DNA of 64,000 nt. It comes from Camelus dromedarius (Eukaryota). Under the pieces are notes generated by a model. The model worked only from the letters and a program-made list of their open reading frames with translations. It was not told where the DNA came from and did not search any database. Positions 51,126 through 62,948 of the stretch are shown in pieces. Where the stretch lies: contig NC_087437.1 of assembly GCF_036321535.1 (NCBI RefSeq), forward strand, positions 11,472,001 to 11,536,000, in the 5' to 3' direction. The position numbers and the translations under genes are program-made. Position 1 is the first letter of the stretch. Each line of letters starts with the position of its first letter.

Positions 51126-53720
51126 ATTTTTCCAGCTTTATTGAGATGTAATTGACATATGACATTTTGTGTACATTTGAGTGAACAACATGATTACATA
51201 TATGTGTATATTGAGAGATGATTACTGCAATAAGATTAGTTAACACATTCATCATTCCACACAGTTACTTTTTTGAGTGTATGCTGAGAACTTTAAAGAT
51301 CTACTATCTTAGCAACTTTCAGTTATACAAAATAATATAGTCACGAAGCTGCACATTAGATCCCAGAACTTATTTCTCTTATAGCTGAAAGATTATACCT
51401 TTGATCATTTTCACCCATCTCCTCCAACCCCTGTCCTTGGCAACCACCAATCTATTCTTTCTTTCTGTGAGTTTGTTTTTTTAGATTCCACATATAACTG
51501 AGTCATACAGTATTTGTCTTTCTCAGTCTGACTTATTTCACTTAGCGTAAGTCCCTCAAGTTTCATTCATGTTGTCACAAATGGCAGGATTTTCCCCTTT
51601 CTTATGATTGAAAAAAATATATATATGACATTTTCTTTATCCATCAATAGTACTTAGGTTGTTTCCATGTTTGGCTATTGTAAATATGCTGCAATGAACA
51701 TGGCGGGGTGCAGGTATCTCTTCAAGATAGTGATTTTATTTCCTTTAGGTATGTACACAGAAATGGAATTGCTGGATCACGTGGTAGTCCTGTTTTCAAT
51801 TTTTTGAGGAACTTCCAAGCTGTTTCCATAATGGCTGCATCGACTTCCATTCCCACCAACGGTGCATAAGAGTTCTCTTTCCTCCACATCCTCACCAGCA
51901 CTTGTTATCTCTTGTCTTTTAATAATAGCCATTCTAACAGATGTGAAATGATATCTCATTGTGGTTTTGACTTGCATTTTCCTGACAATTAGTGATGTTG
52001 AACACTTTTTCATGAACCTGTTGGCCATTCGTATTTTCTTTGGAAAAACATCTACAGACATGCGTTTGAGAAATTGTGGGCTCAGTTCCAGATAGCCACA
52101 ATAAAGCAAGTATGACAATAAAGTGAGTCACACAAATATTTTGGTTTTCTAGTGCACATAAAAGTTATGTTTACACTATACTGTAGTCTAAAAAATGTGC
52201 AATAGCATTATGTTTGAAAAACAATGTATATACCTTAATTAAAAAGTAATGCTGTTGGAAAAATGGTGCCAATATACTTTCTCCATATGGATTTGCCACA
52301 AACATTCAATGTTCCAAAACACACAATATCTGCGAAGCACAATAAAACAAAGCACAATGAAACGAGGTGTGATTGTATTCAGGTCCTTTGCCCATTTTGA
52401 AGTCAGATTTTTTTTTTTTTTTTTTTGCTTTTGAGTTGCGTGAGTTTCTTATATATTTTGGATATTAATCTTATACCTGATATATAATTTACAAATATTT
52501 TCTTCTCTTCCTAAAGAGATTTTGATAGGGGTTGTATTGAATCTATAGATGGCTTTTGATAGTATAGACATTTTAACAATATTAATTGTTCTGATCCATG
52601 AACACAGAGTATCTTTTCATTTATTTGTCTTTCATTTATATTTTTTAGATTTCCTTCACCAGTGTCTTATAGTTTTCAACATACAGATCATTCATCTCCT
52701 TGGTTAATACTTATTCCTAAGTGTTTTGTTATTTTTGATGCTACTGTGAATGAGATTATTTTTCTTTATTTCCTTTTCAGATAGTTTGCTGTTACTGTAT
52801 GGGAAAGTAGCTGATTTTGTATGTTGGTTTTGTATCCTACCACTTAACTAAATTTGTTTTTTTACTAATTCTACTTTTTAATGACGTCTTTAAGGTTTTC
52901 TGTATATAAGATCATGTTATCTGTAAACAAAGACTATTTTACTTCTTCCTTTCTTATTTGGATGCCTTTTATTTCTTTTTCTTGTCTGATTACTCTGGCT
53001 ATGACTTCCAGTACTACGTTGAATAGGAGTGGTGAGAATGGGCACCCCTATCTTGTTTCCTGTCTTAGAGGAAAAGCTCTCAACATTTCACCATTGAGTA
53101 TGATGTTAGCTATCCAGTAACTTTTGTAGCTGGATAATGCTGGCCTTGTAAAATGAGTTTTGGAGTGTTCCTTCCTTTCAGTTTTTTGAAAGAGTTTGCA
53201 AAGGACTGGCATGAATTCTTCTTTAAATGGCTGGTAGAGCTCACTGAAACCAGCTGGTCCTGGGCATTTCCTTGTTGGGAGGTTTTTGATTACTGATTGA
53301 ATCATTTTACTCATAATCAGTCTGTAGAGATTTTCTATTTCTTCATAATTTAGTCCTGATAGATTGTATATTTCTAGGAAGATATCCATTTTTTTCTAGG
53401 TGTCCAATTTGTCGATTTATAATTGTTCATAGTAGTCTCATGATCCTTTGTATTTCTGGTATTGTAATATCTCCTTTTTCATTTATAATTTTTATTAACT
53501 TGAGTCCTCTCTTTTCTTCTTGGTTAGTGTAGCTAAAGGTTTGTCAGTTTTTAAAAATCTTTTCAAAGAACCACCTCTTAGTTTTGTTAATGTATTTTTA
53601 TTGCTTTCTTACTCTTTATCTCATTTATTTTTGCTCTAATCTTTATTCTTTCTTTTTGTTAACTTTGGGCTTAGTTTATTTCCTTTTTAGTTCCTTGTGG
53701 CATAATGTTAGGTTGTTTAT
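51126..53720 (-). mobile_element. Old L1 (L1MA9-like) ORF2 3' half + 3'UTR, with two internal deletions and a Tigger1 MITE insertion
   Basis: ORF-track peptides [24 protein letters not shown] (ORF2 C-terminus) and MDIFLEIYNL..LNYEEIENL..IKNLPTRKCPGPAGF / ANIILNGE.LRAFPLR (ORF2 Z region and RT). Discontinuities near 52510 and 53115. Confidence 0.93.
52055..52375 (-). mobile_element. Internally deleted Tigger1 MITE (Tigger1a_Art-like, TcMar)
   Basis: Both Tigger1 termini are present (CAGACATGCG..GAGAAATTG..TCAGTTCCAGA..CAATAAAGC and ..GCACAATAAAACAAAGCACAATGAAACGAGGTGTGATTG). Flanking TA duplication at 52053-52054 and 52376-52377; L1 sequence is continuous across the site. Confidence 0.88.
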
Positions 53721-54599
53721 CACAAAGCACTTTCTAGTATATTATCTAATTTGACCCTCAAAAGCAGAAAAGGTAGCAATTACTTGTTCTCATTTTGCAG
53801 ATAAAAATTTTTGACCCCAAAAGCTAAAAGATGTAGCCATTATCACACAGCCAAAGTTCTCTTCTCACAAATGTCATAAAATGAATAAAAATTTCAAACA
53901 TTAAACAACAACATTCAAACAAAGGAAGAAATACAATGTAGCAAAATAATATTTTAAAGATGATGATCAGGGAAAGAATGATACAACAGTGTAGAGATCT
54001 AAGAGTAATTACTCTCTAACTCCAAAGCAATTCTAGGAGAGGAAAGCAGTTCTAGGAGAGTTGAACAATTTGGGGGGAACCTCACAAATGTCCCAGAATT
54101 CAGAGGGCAGCACTCTGAGGGGTCAACAGGCAGTGTAGGCACAACTGTTTTTACAGAAAAAGCTTCAAGAGTAGAAGTATTGGCTCACCACCATGATACT
54201 GACTCACCTAAAAGGAGAATGACTCTTTGGAAGGAGGAACTGAAGCTGGGGAAGTAAGTGCATGGAGCTGTCTCTGTCAAAATCGAAAGCTCCAAAAACT
54301 CTTTCCAAAGCACAGCATAGTCTGCACCCAAGGGTTCTCATTGACAGGACTAGACTATGTCCCTTAAAAAAAAACTGCCTGTATAAAATGCTAAATAAAA
54401 CTTCAAAACAAAGAGCAGAGCCTAAATTCATCAACTATTACTATCCATGCGTCCCACCTGTATCTCTTTCTCTACCTCCAAGCAAAGGTAAAATCCTAGT
54501 AATACGCAGTCTTCAGACTTAAGTTCTAAGGTAAAATAAAAGGTCTCAGAGAAGATGGGATGATAAGTATGGTTCATGGATACAATATTTGGAAAAAGA

Positions 54600-55178
54600 G
54601 ATGGTCTAGCTAGCGTGTCCCACATTAATATAAGAAATATGAAACAAAATGGCATAGCAACTATGTAGGAAAAAAACATAGAAGAAATAAAGGAGAGAGG
54701 GAAAAAGGGAGGGAAAGAGAAGGGAATCAAAGACTGATGAAAAATGCAATCTTAAAAAACACCTCAAGAAACAGAAGAAAAATTCTATAATGAATACTTT
54801 GCATCATAGAAGACATTAAAAGTGACGAGTTTGATGAAAGAATGAAACAAAGATGAGATGCAAAGATAGTAGAATGAATAGAAGAGAGACACAGTGGGGC
54901 TCAGAATACAAAATAAAGATCAGAACATCACTTCTGGAGAACTATTAAATAAATTAGATAAAAAAATGGTTGATAAATTTTGTTAAATGCCTTTTTGGTA
55001 TCTATGGCATCTATGGTGATGGTTACATATATTTATGTATTTTTACCTTTTTGCTAGACAAAGAACCAATATCCTTAATAAACAAAAATATTTTACAAAT
55101 AAAGAAAAAGATGAGTAGACAAGTGGATAAATATTACAAACAAGCTGCTCACACTAAAAATAAGTACTAATGGCCAAT

Positions 55179-55212
<34 letters not shown>

Positions 55213-55780
55213 CACACATGCACATACACTCAAACTTATTTTAAAGGAAGGCAAATCACAAAAAGATTTAGGACTGATCAGGCTGGTAAAAATTTAAAAC
55301 TTTGTTAAAATTATTGACGGATGGGGAACCAAGTAGTCTCACAAATCATTAGTGATGGTATAAAATGCTGTAAACTTGTTTTAAGGCAATTTAAAGTATC
55401 TATCAAATATTTAGTGTACCATTTTTTCCAACCCAGCTGTTATACTGGTGGGAATTTCATATTTGCCTAAATCTGCAAAGACAAATGTACAATATGTTAT
55501 TTTTAAATTGACTATTGTTTGAAATGCTTCCCCCCAAATTTAAAAAAACACAAAACCAAAAAACAAGCAATCTCTGTTTCTTTATCAATGAAGTACTTGT
55601 GAAAAGAATTATAAGACATTTATATCATGAAATACAGTGAGCTTGTTAAAAAGACATACTGAAATTGGGGTGGGGGTGATAGAGGAATCTTCATGACATA
55701 TTATTAAAAGAAAAAATGCAAAGTCAGAACCATGAATGTAGGATAATCCCACATATATAAAGAAATAAACAAACAATACC
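54600..55780 (+). mobile_element. Fragments of ancient L1 (L1ME-like)
   Basis: A-rich decayed ORF1-like, ORF2 C-terminal and 3'UTR motifs (TTTACAAATAAAGAAAAAG, AGGCAATTTAAAGTATCTATCAAA). Confidence 0.55.
55182..55230. repeat. (CA)n microsatellite
   Basis: Visible directly. Confidence 0.9.
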
Positions 55781-56315
55781 CATTTCTCCCTTATCATCTA
55801 CATCCAATCCATTACTAAATCACGGAGAATTTATTTTCCAAAATACGATGAAACGCCTCCATTTTTCTTCAACCACATGCTCATTCAAGTTGCCCTTGTT
55901 CCCTCCCTACACTCTGCAGTAGCCTCCTAATTGGGGTCTAATGAGATCTTCTCCCCTCTCTTGCTCAGTGTACACTTGAGCCACTCTGCACATCTTGAAC
56001 AAGCTGTGGTCCTCCTGGCACACGGTCTTTGCACATACTCCTCTCTCTCTTTCTGGAACATTCCCCTCTAATCCAACTCAGTTTTCCATTCTTCCTTTGG
56101 ATTTCAGCACAAGTGTCTCTGCCTCAGAGAAACGCACATTCTCTTTTTTGGTTGCCTTAAATTTACAGTTATATATTGACTTCCGTGTGACTAATGTCTA
56201 TTTTCCTCTGCTAGATTATAATCTTGAGGAAAGTTGATAGTGTATCTAGTTTTGTTCATTATCGAATCCTCAACAAGGTAACAGACTTAGAAATTAAATA
56301 AATAAATATGTTTTT
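55780..56315 (+). mobile_element. L2 LINE 3' fragment
   Basis: CATCCAATCCATTACTAAATC, GCAGTAGCCTCCTAATTGG, GTCTTTGCACATACTCC, CTAGATTATAATCTTGAGG. Confidence 0.7.
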
Positions 56316-57894
56316 TGCTCTATGTATCTGTCTATCCAATCGTCCATCCATCCACCCACTCATTCTACAGTTGCATGCAAAATATGTTAGGAACTATTAG
56401 CCATGGCTGTTTTCTAGGGATCGGGGCTGAGGGAAGGGATGGGAGTGAAAAGTAAAAAAGACTCACTTTTAACTTTATATTTGCATTTGTTTACATTTCC
56501 ACAAGGTATGCTGAATAAAAAAATTATCATAACAAAACTGTAACTTCCTTGTAAATGACGTGATCAAGTGTATCGTAAACACTTCTCCTTCAGTCAACCT
56601 GGGTAATTAAATAGTTTCTTCATATCTTGTCGCTAGGACTATAATTATAACTCTGACAAACCTTCTTATAAACACAATCCTCTTTTCTTGCCAACTCAAT
56701 TCAGTTCTATTTTAAGTAAACAGAGTAAATAGTTTTTCTCACATGCATTCTTGTGTGTGTTTGTATACTCATGAAAACACAGTTTTTTTTTTTTTTTCTC
56801 ATTAAAGGTGTTAGAAAATTCCCCAGGAAATTCAGTCACACTGTGATAGTCTTTTCACAGGAAGGAACAATGTGTAGGAAACAAGATTCTCTTGATTTTG
56901 ATTAATGAATAAAGGAATCCCTTTAACCTCATTCACCTTAGAGCATCTTCCTTGGATGGCACTACCAGCTCCTACAACAGTCTGAAAAGGCAAACTCCCA
57001 ACAACCAGGGAAGAAGTTTTGAAACTAATAACCAAAGAGATCTTTCTCGGTCTCTGTTTCTCCTTAACGACGGCTAGTCTCCCCCCGATGCCTTTTCAGT
57101 CTGGAGAATTATCTCAGTGGCAGCAGCAATCCGGGTCCCGCCAAGATCTGCCTCGTTTGGACATCTTCACCAAACATCCTTTCATTCACCAGATTCTGTT
57201 AACAAAATGAACCTCAAACCTCAAACTTTGATTTCTAAATGGGGGCAAGTCTGGACATGGAACACAATCAGGGAACAGCCCTGCAGAACAGGAATAAAAC
57301 AAGACCATTCCGTATTGTTTTCAGGTTTCCCAAATCATCAAGTGAGAGGGGTGATTGCTGTCTGGTCATTTATCAAACTTTGTATTCTTCTGTGTTGGAA
57401 ACTCACAACTCTGAGAACTTCTGCAGTTAGACATAAAGGTTAGGATAAGATGAAGAATTATAAGGTATTATTAACATAATATATATTGATTAATGTAATT
57501 ATAAAGAAATTTCATTCGGGTTACACCCACTAGAGCACTTGAGGGTGGAGGAATGGTGAGAGGATAGGAAATTTTAGCAGAGACTAGATTCTGTGAAAAT
57601 GATGAAAACCTATGACCTCCTTTAGAGGACGGAAATCCATAAACTCATTCACCCTTGGTATAATTTCCACCCTTGGCATCACTTATCCTGTGTATAATTA
57701 GAGTGCACCTCTTCTGATTGCAAAAGCCTAAGCGTTAGTCACTTGAATAGAAAGAGTTCCCCGTACACAAATGACCTCTGGAAAGAAGTCAGGAGTACTT
57801 CCTGGTGCTCTAACACATGCCAGTAAACACAGTGCAGGACTTAGTGATATATAAGCATTGCACTTAAAACCCATGCATCTCTGACCAATGTCAC

Positions 57895-58090
57895 AGCAGT
57901 CAGAGTCAAGGTCACCTCCAAGGAGTGATATTGACAGGGAGGAGACCTGAGGGAGGGCATGTTCTGGGTGCTGGAAATGTTCTATAACTTGATCTGGCTG
58001 GCTCTTCCCCAGTTATATACATATGTAAACATTCATTCATCACACATGTATGATTTGTGCACTCTGTGAACGTTACACCTCGATCAGAAT
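57895..58090 (+). mobile_element. Old L1 3' terminus (L1MB/MC-like)
   Basis: TTCTGGGTGCTGGAAATGTTCTATAACTTGATCTGG...TATACATATGTAAACATTCA...GTGCACTCTGTG. Confidence 0.7.
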
Positions 58091-58999
58091 AACATTTAAG
58101 TAAAGGTTCAAGTGTTTTCTGGAAGGCTAGGGAAAGAAATCTTTAACAAGAAAAATGACACAACCTGATTGTCATTTTGAAGGTCTAATAAGAATTTTAT
58201 GGTATAACAAGAATTCTCTCATAAACGTTTTATTTTTGCAGTTGTCCTAAAGATGGGGGTCCCATGAACAACTGCTGGAGAAAGAGAATATAATTTGAAA
58301 TGCTGAATTTTTATGAATCATCAGAGAAAGACACCTGACTGCCAGCCTGCTACTTGGGAGAATAAAACTAAGTTGAAAATTTCTGCAACATAAATTTGAC
58401 ATTTCCACTTCCAGCTAGAGGAGCACCCCACTTATTACACAGTTCCCGGAAAAAATCAAACACACTACAATTTGCACACACACACAATCTCTATGCACTG
58501 GAGGAGCAGGGAGGGGCTAGATGGAGCGCCTCGCTGTTTAAATATTGGGGAACTGCTTCCTCCTTTTACATCCAGCATAATCTGCCTTGAAATCCTTGGG
58601 ATGTTGAACTGTACGTAGTAAAAATGAATCCTGCAATTATACTGTCATTAGAATAAAAGGAAAAATCTGCACTTTAAACAAGTCAGAATTAAACAGCAGA
58701 CAAAGATGATTTAACAGAAAAATGTTTTAAAAAAAATGAGTGGCCAGCAAACAACGGAGACATTTGTCTCCACGGAGTTCATCAGTGGCCATGGGAAGTC
58801 GGGGCTGCGCTCCCACGTGGAACTGGGCTGCTGAACTGCCGGAAGCTTTTGAGATAAATCATCATGGGTTAGTCTTGCCCTTCTCCTGAAACATTTCACC
58901 TCATCTTAAACAATGAATCTTACCCCAAAACTGAAAGTTCATATACTTCTTTCACAGCCCGTGGCCACAGCAGTGGCTCTTTTCTTATTAAATAATGTG

Positions 59000-60720
59000 A
59001 TGTACAACATGACTTTTTAAAAATCGCCTTCTTCACCCTCTCTTTAAACGTTTACTTTCAGTCTTCTCAGCCTAGACGTGTTTTCTTCAATAACCTCAAA
59101 GCCATGCCATCCAAACTCCAGAGTCCATTGAAACCTCTAAGTGCAGGTTCCTGAGACTCCTAGAAGGCAGAGACTTTTCTGAAGCCCAAACCTCTATTTT
59201 CGCAACCAGCAACTGTGCTCATGTTCTCTCTGCATCCAGCTTGACCTCATCCCATGGTCCCAACATCCCAAACTCAAAACTGGAGTTGATGCAACAACCA
59301 CGCCCCTTCCTTCCCACCTCCAGTAAGTCTCTTCTTTTCATTTCCTGCCATGTGCCCTGTCCTCATCCTGCTTACAAAGAGGCTCATCAACATTCCGGGG
59401 CCCCCTCCTCTATATCTACCTGTCTCCAGTGTCTCCATTTATCCGTCTCCCCTTCCCAGTCAGAGTCACTTTTCAAAATATAGCTCTGATCACGACCTTG
59501 CTCCCAACCCTCTTTGGCTCCTCATTTCCCAAAGAATAAAACCCTAACTCCTAAGCTTGGTATTTCAAATCATCCACAAGGAGACTATAATGTAATTTGG
59601 TAAACTTAACCTTCAAACCATGCTGTCATTTCTGGACCTCATCTTCTGCATTTCCCCCCAAAATCAAAGTATCATCACACATTTGAAAAACAGTTCCTTC
59701 AGTTTGAATGCTTCTCCCTCTCCTATGTTCATTTCCAGGTCAATTTCAAGGGGGAGAGAACATGATTTGGGGATAAGACACCAGACTTTGGCTTCAGACA
59801 ACCTCAATTCAAATCCCAGGGCCACCACTTTCTTGTCATCAACTCTTGGACAAACTGCTTAATGTTTCTAAGAGCCTCAGTTTCCCCTTCTCCATACAAA
59901 GAGGATAATGATAACGGTATTTATATTGTAAGACTGTGGAGAGGACTAAATGAGTTAAAATGAGAAATGAGGAAGAACTTAGCACAACTCTCATCCTTAA
60001 GCATTCGTATAAGCTATTACTTCTGTTGACATTATTGTTACCATCATTGCTACTGACTGCAAGAAGATTTTCCTACCTCATCCACTGAAATCAAAGCCTT
60101 CCTCCTCTTTGTCCTTCCACAGGACACTGTCCATGCCTCTAATTACATTTGTCACAATATGACATATATGAGTTATTGATAACTGTCTACCTTATTTCAA
60201 GGAGGAACAAATTCCATAAACAGTTATTAAGTACTGCTGAATACCCACATGTTCATTATCAATAGTGTAGACTCCTGCTTTGCCTTTTCTCCTCAGTCAT
60301 TCCATCACTCATTCACGTCTTCCCAATCTACAACCGATGAAACCTGCAACCTGGACAACACGTTAGGGTCCTCACTTCCCCACTCCTCACATGTGCTAAT
60401 ATTCACTGAGTCCTGCAGAGCTACCTCCTTGACACATTTTATAACCTGACCCTCTCTGGCCCAATTGGCATTGCCTCGGTGAACTGTTGTTCACTGAGAT
60501 TACTATGATTTTTCCTAACTACTGGCTTTAATCCAAGTGGCCTCCCAAGCTAATACCTTTGACCACCCCTAGGAGGGCCCCCAGCACTCTGTCTGCCTGT
60601 TTATGTACCTGCACTGGCGAATAAAAACCAAGTCTCTTGCATACAGGGATTTGCTTCATTCAAAGTGATAGCTTAGCACAAGGCACACTGTAGACTATCA
60701 AAAAGCAAGTGTTGCAAAAA
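59000..60720 (+). mobile_element. L2 fragments with an embedded MIR (~59750-60020)
   Basis: L2 motifs (CAACATCCCAAACTCAAAACTG, AGAATAAAACCCTAACTCCT). MIR core GCCTCAGTTTCCCC...GAGGACTAAATGAG. Confidence 0.65.
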
Positions 60721-61073
60721 TGAGCACGTCCTTCTATCCCACTCCATCCCCATATACTTAGGTTGAACCTCTATGCTTACAAATGCTCCTGGTATGGACC
60801 ACAGGCCACAGTAGTGCAGCTCTGGGGTTGGATCAAGGGGCTCAGAATTCTTCAGGGGGTTTAGGAATTCTGTGGAAAAATTTCTGTGGAAGACATCCAG
60901 ATCAGCAAGAAGTGGGGGAGAAAGCAGGCTCAGAGAAAGGATAGGACTGAAAGGAACAGCAATGAATGTGGGAATATTTCTGAGGCATGAGATCAGACCA
61001 GTTCAAAGATGACTGAGACCTACTCCTTGTTTGCAGAGGCCACACAGCACATGCAGAAAAGCCACCCTACCAC

Positions 61074-61477
61074 TGTGATGGATGCTGTGATGACCACCCA
61101 GACCCGCCTCTGCTCCCTCAGCTTCTGGGAGAGCTGCTAGCCTCGAGAGATATTCCTTTAGCTGAAGAGAATCTCATGCCTCAAAGCCACGCCCCTTCCC
61201 AAAGGAACCCACATCCAATGACTCACATAAAGGCCTGGCTCTCTCATCCAACTTGGGGTGGCTCTGCAAGGCCTTCCCGGGTTCAGAGCTCCGTGCAGGT
61301 TGGCTGAGACCTCCATGAAGACTTCATTGCAGCTCATCTTCTCTCTCTATCCAAAGCTTTTTCCTTCTCTTTCCTACTGAAGGTGTTCATCTCAAGAAGA
61401 CCTCCCCTTCCCCCAATAAACTGTCTCCTGGCTAAACTCTGCCTGAGAATCTGCTGCCCAGAACCTAACCTGTGACA
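61074..61477 (+). mobile_element. LTR16-type (ERVL) solo LTR
   Basis: TG...CA termini (TGTGATGGATGCTGTG ... AACCTAACCTGTGACA), internal CCAAT, AATAAA near 61415. 5-bp TSD ACCAC (61069-61073) / ACCAA (61478-61482). Confidence 0.8.
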
Positions 61478-61524
61478 ACCAAAGATACCATATGACAGCA
61501 CATACCATAGCTCAGAGAAAAAGA

Positions 61525-61810
61525 ATTACTGGCCAATGGGTCAAGTTTGGTCCCTAGAATTGTTTTGTATTGACTTTTCAGGGGTTAAAAATTATGAACT
61601 ATTTGTCAACATTTAGAAAATTCTTTTCAGAAAGCTGAGGGCCTGGCAATACTGGGCCAGCAATGGCACGTGGCCCTGAGAGCCTGAGTTGAGGGATGTG
61701 TGCCATTTAGATGGCGCCTGTGTGGTCCACCTGCTCATGTCCTACCATGGCTCTGCATTCATTTCTTGTAGCTGCCCGGTCCTGAGGACATTTGAGTTGT
61801 ATGGGTCATG
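61525..61810. mobile_element. MER102-like hAT-Charlie fragment
   Basis: CTGGCAATACTGGGCCAGC..GCCTGAGTTGAG..GACATTTGAGTT motifs. Confidence 0.5.
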
Positions 61811-62243
61811 ACTGATTCTCATATTCTAGTCTCTAACCTCGGGGCAGGCTGCTTTCCTGGTCAGCTTACTTCCCTCCATAACTTATACCTCATCTGACTT
61901 TTCCTGTCAGTTTTTTCGCTGGCTGGGTCTGTATAATAGTCATCGTGCTCACTCTCCTCCAGCAGATGTGCTCGGTGGGTGAATGTGGCCACTGTTCAAA
62001 GCATGCTCGATAAGTGAATAGAATGAAACAGAAAACTCCCTTCACCACACTGGGACAACCATGAGCAGTGTCTACTTTTCCAGCATATTTGGAGGAAGAC
62101 TCAGAGTGACTTTTGGATGGATGAAGGTGTTTTCCTGACATGCTGAAAGAAGTTGGACTCTCCTTTTCAGAAGACATGACCATCCATGGGTTTCCAAGGC
62201 TTTGTAATGAAGACAAGTTAATGGCGTGATTTAAAAAGCAGAG

Positions 62244-62948
62244 GTGGTTCCTCAAAAATCTAAAAGTTAACTTACCATAAGATCTAGCAATCCCACTCCT
62301 GGACATATATCCACAAGGAATGCTAATTTGAAAAGACACATGCACCCCAATGTTCACAACAGCACTATTTACAATAGCCAAGATATGGAACCAACCTAAG
62401 TGTGATGATTGGATAAAGAAGTTGTGGTATATTTATACAATGGAAAACTACTCAGCCATAAAAAAGAATAAAATAATGCCATTTACAGCAACATGGATGG
62501 ACCCGGAGACCATCATTCTAAGTTAAGTAAGGCAGAAAAAGAAAGAAAAATACCATATGGTATCACTCATATGTGGAATTTAAAAAAAAGAAAAGAAAAA
62601 AGAGGACACTAATGAACTCTTCTACAAAACAAAAACCGACTTGCAGACATAGTAAACAATCTTATGATTCCTAGGGAAAAGGACTGGGAAGGGATAAATT
62701 TGGGAGTTTGAGATTTGCAAATGATAACCACTATATATAAAAATAGATAAAAAAACAAATTTCTTCTGTATAGCACTGGAAACTATATTCTATCTTATAA
62801 TAACCTTTAATGAAAAAGAATATGAAAATAAATATATGTATACACACACATGACTGGGACATTATGCTGTACACCAGAAACTGACACATTGTAACTGACT
62901 ATGCTTCAATTTTAAAAAATACAAAAAAAAAAAAAAGTTAAAAAAAGA
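62244..62948 (+). mobile_element. Relatively young 5'-truncated camelid L1 (ORF2 end + 3'UTR + long A tail)
   Basis: ACATGCACCCCAATGTTCACAACAGCACTATTTACAATAGCCAAG..., complete 3'UTR. Perfect 12-bp TSD TAAAAAGCAGAG at 62232-62243 and 62949-62960 (TT/AAAA endonuclease site). Confidence 0.95.

Noticed and set aside
51777..53389. ORFs with reverse-transcriptase-element similarity
   Set aside because: Decayed, frameshifted and internally deleted L1 ORF2; not a functional CDS.
54002..54060. 14-bp palindrome AGAGTAATTACTCT and 19-bp tandem duplication AAAGCA(A/G)TTCTAGGAGAG
   Set aside because: Only two units; an ordinary local slippage duplication with no array or associated genes (not CRISPR-like).
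61700..61720. CTCF-like TAGATGGCGC
   Set aside because: 5' half mismatches the consensus and it lies in a decayed DNA transposon fragment; not supportable without data.
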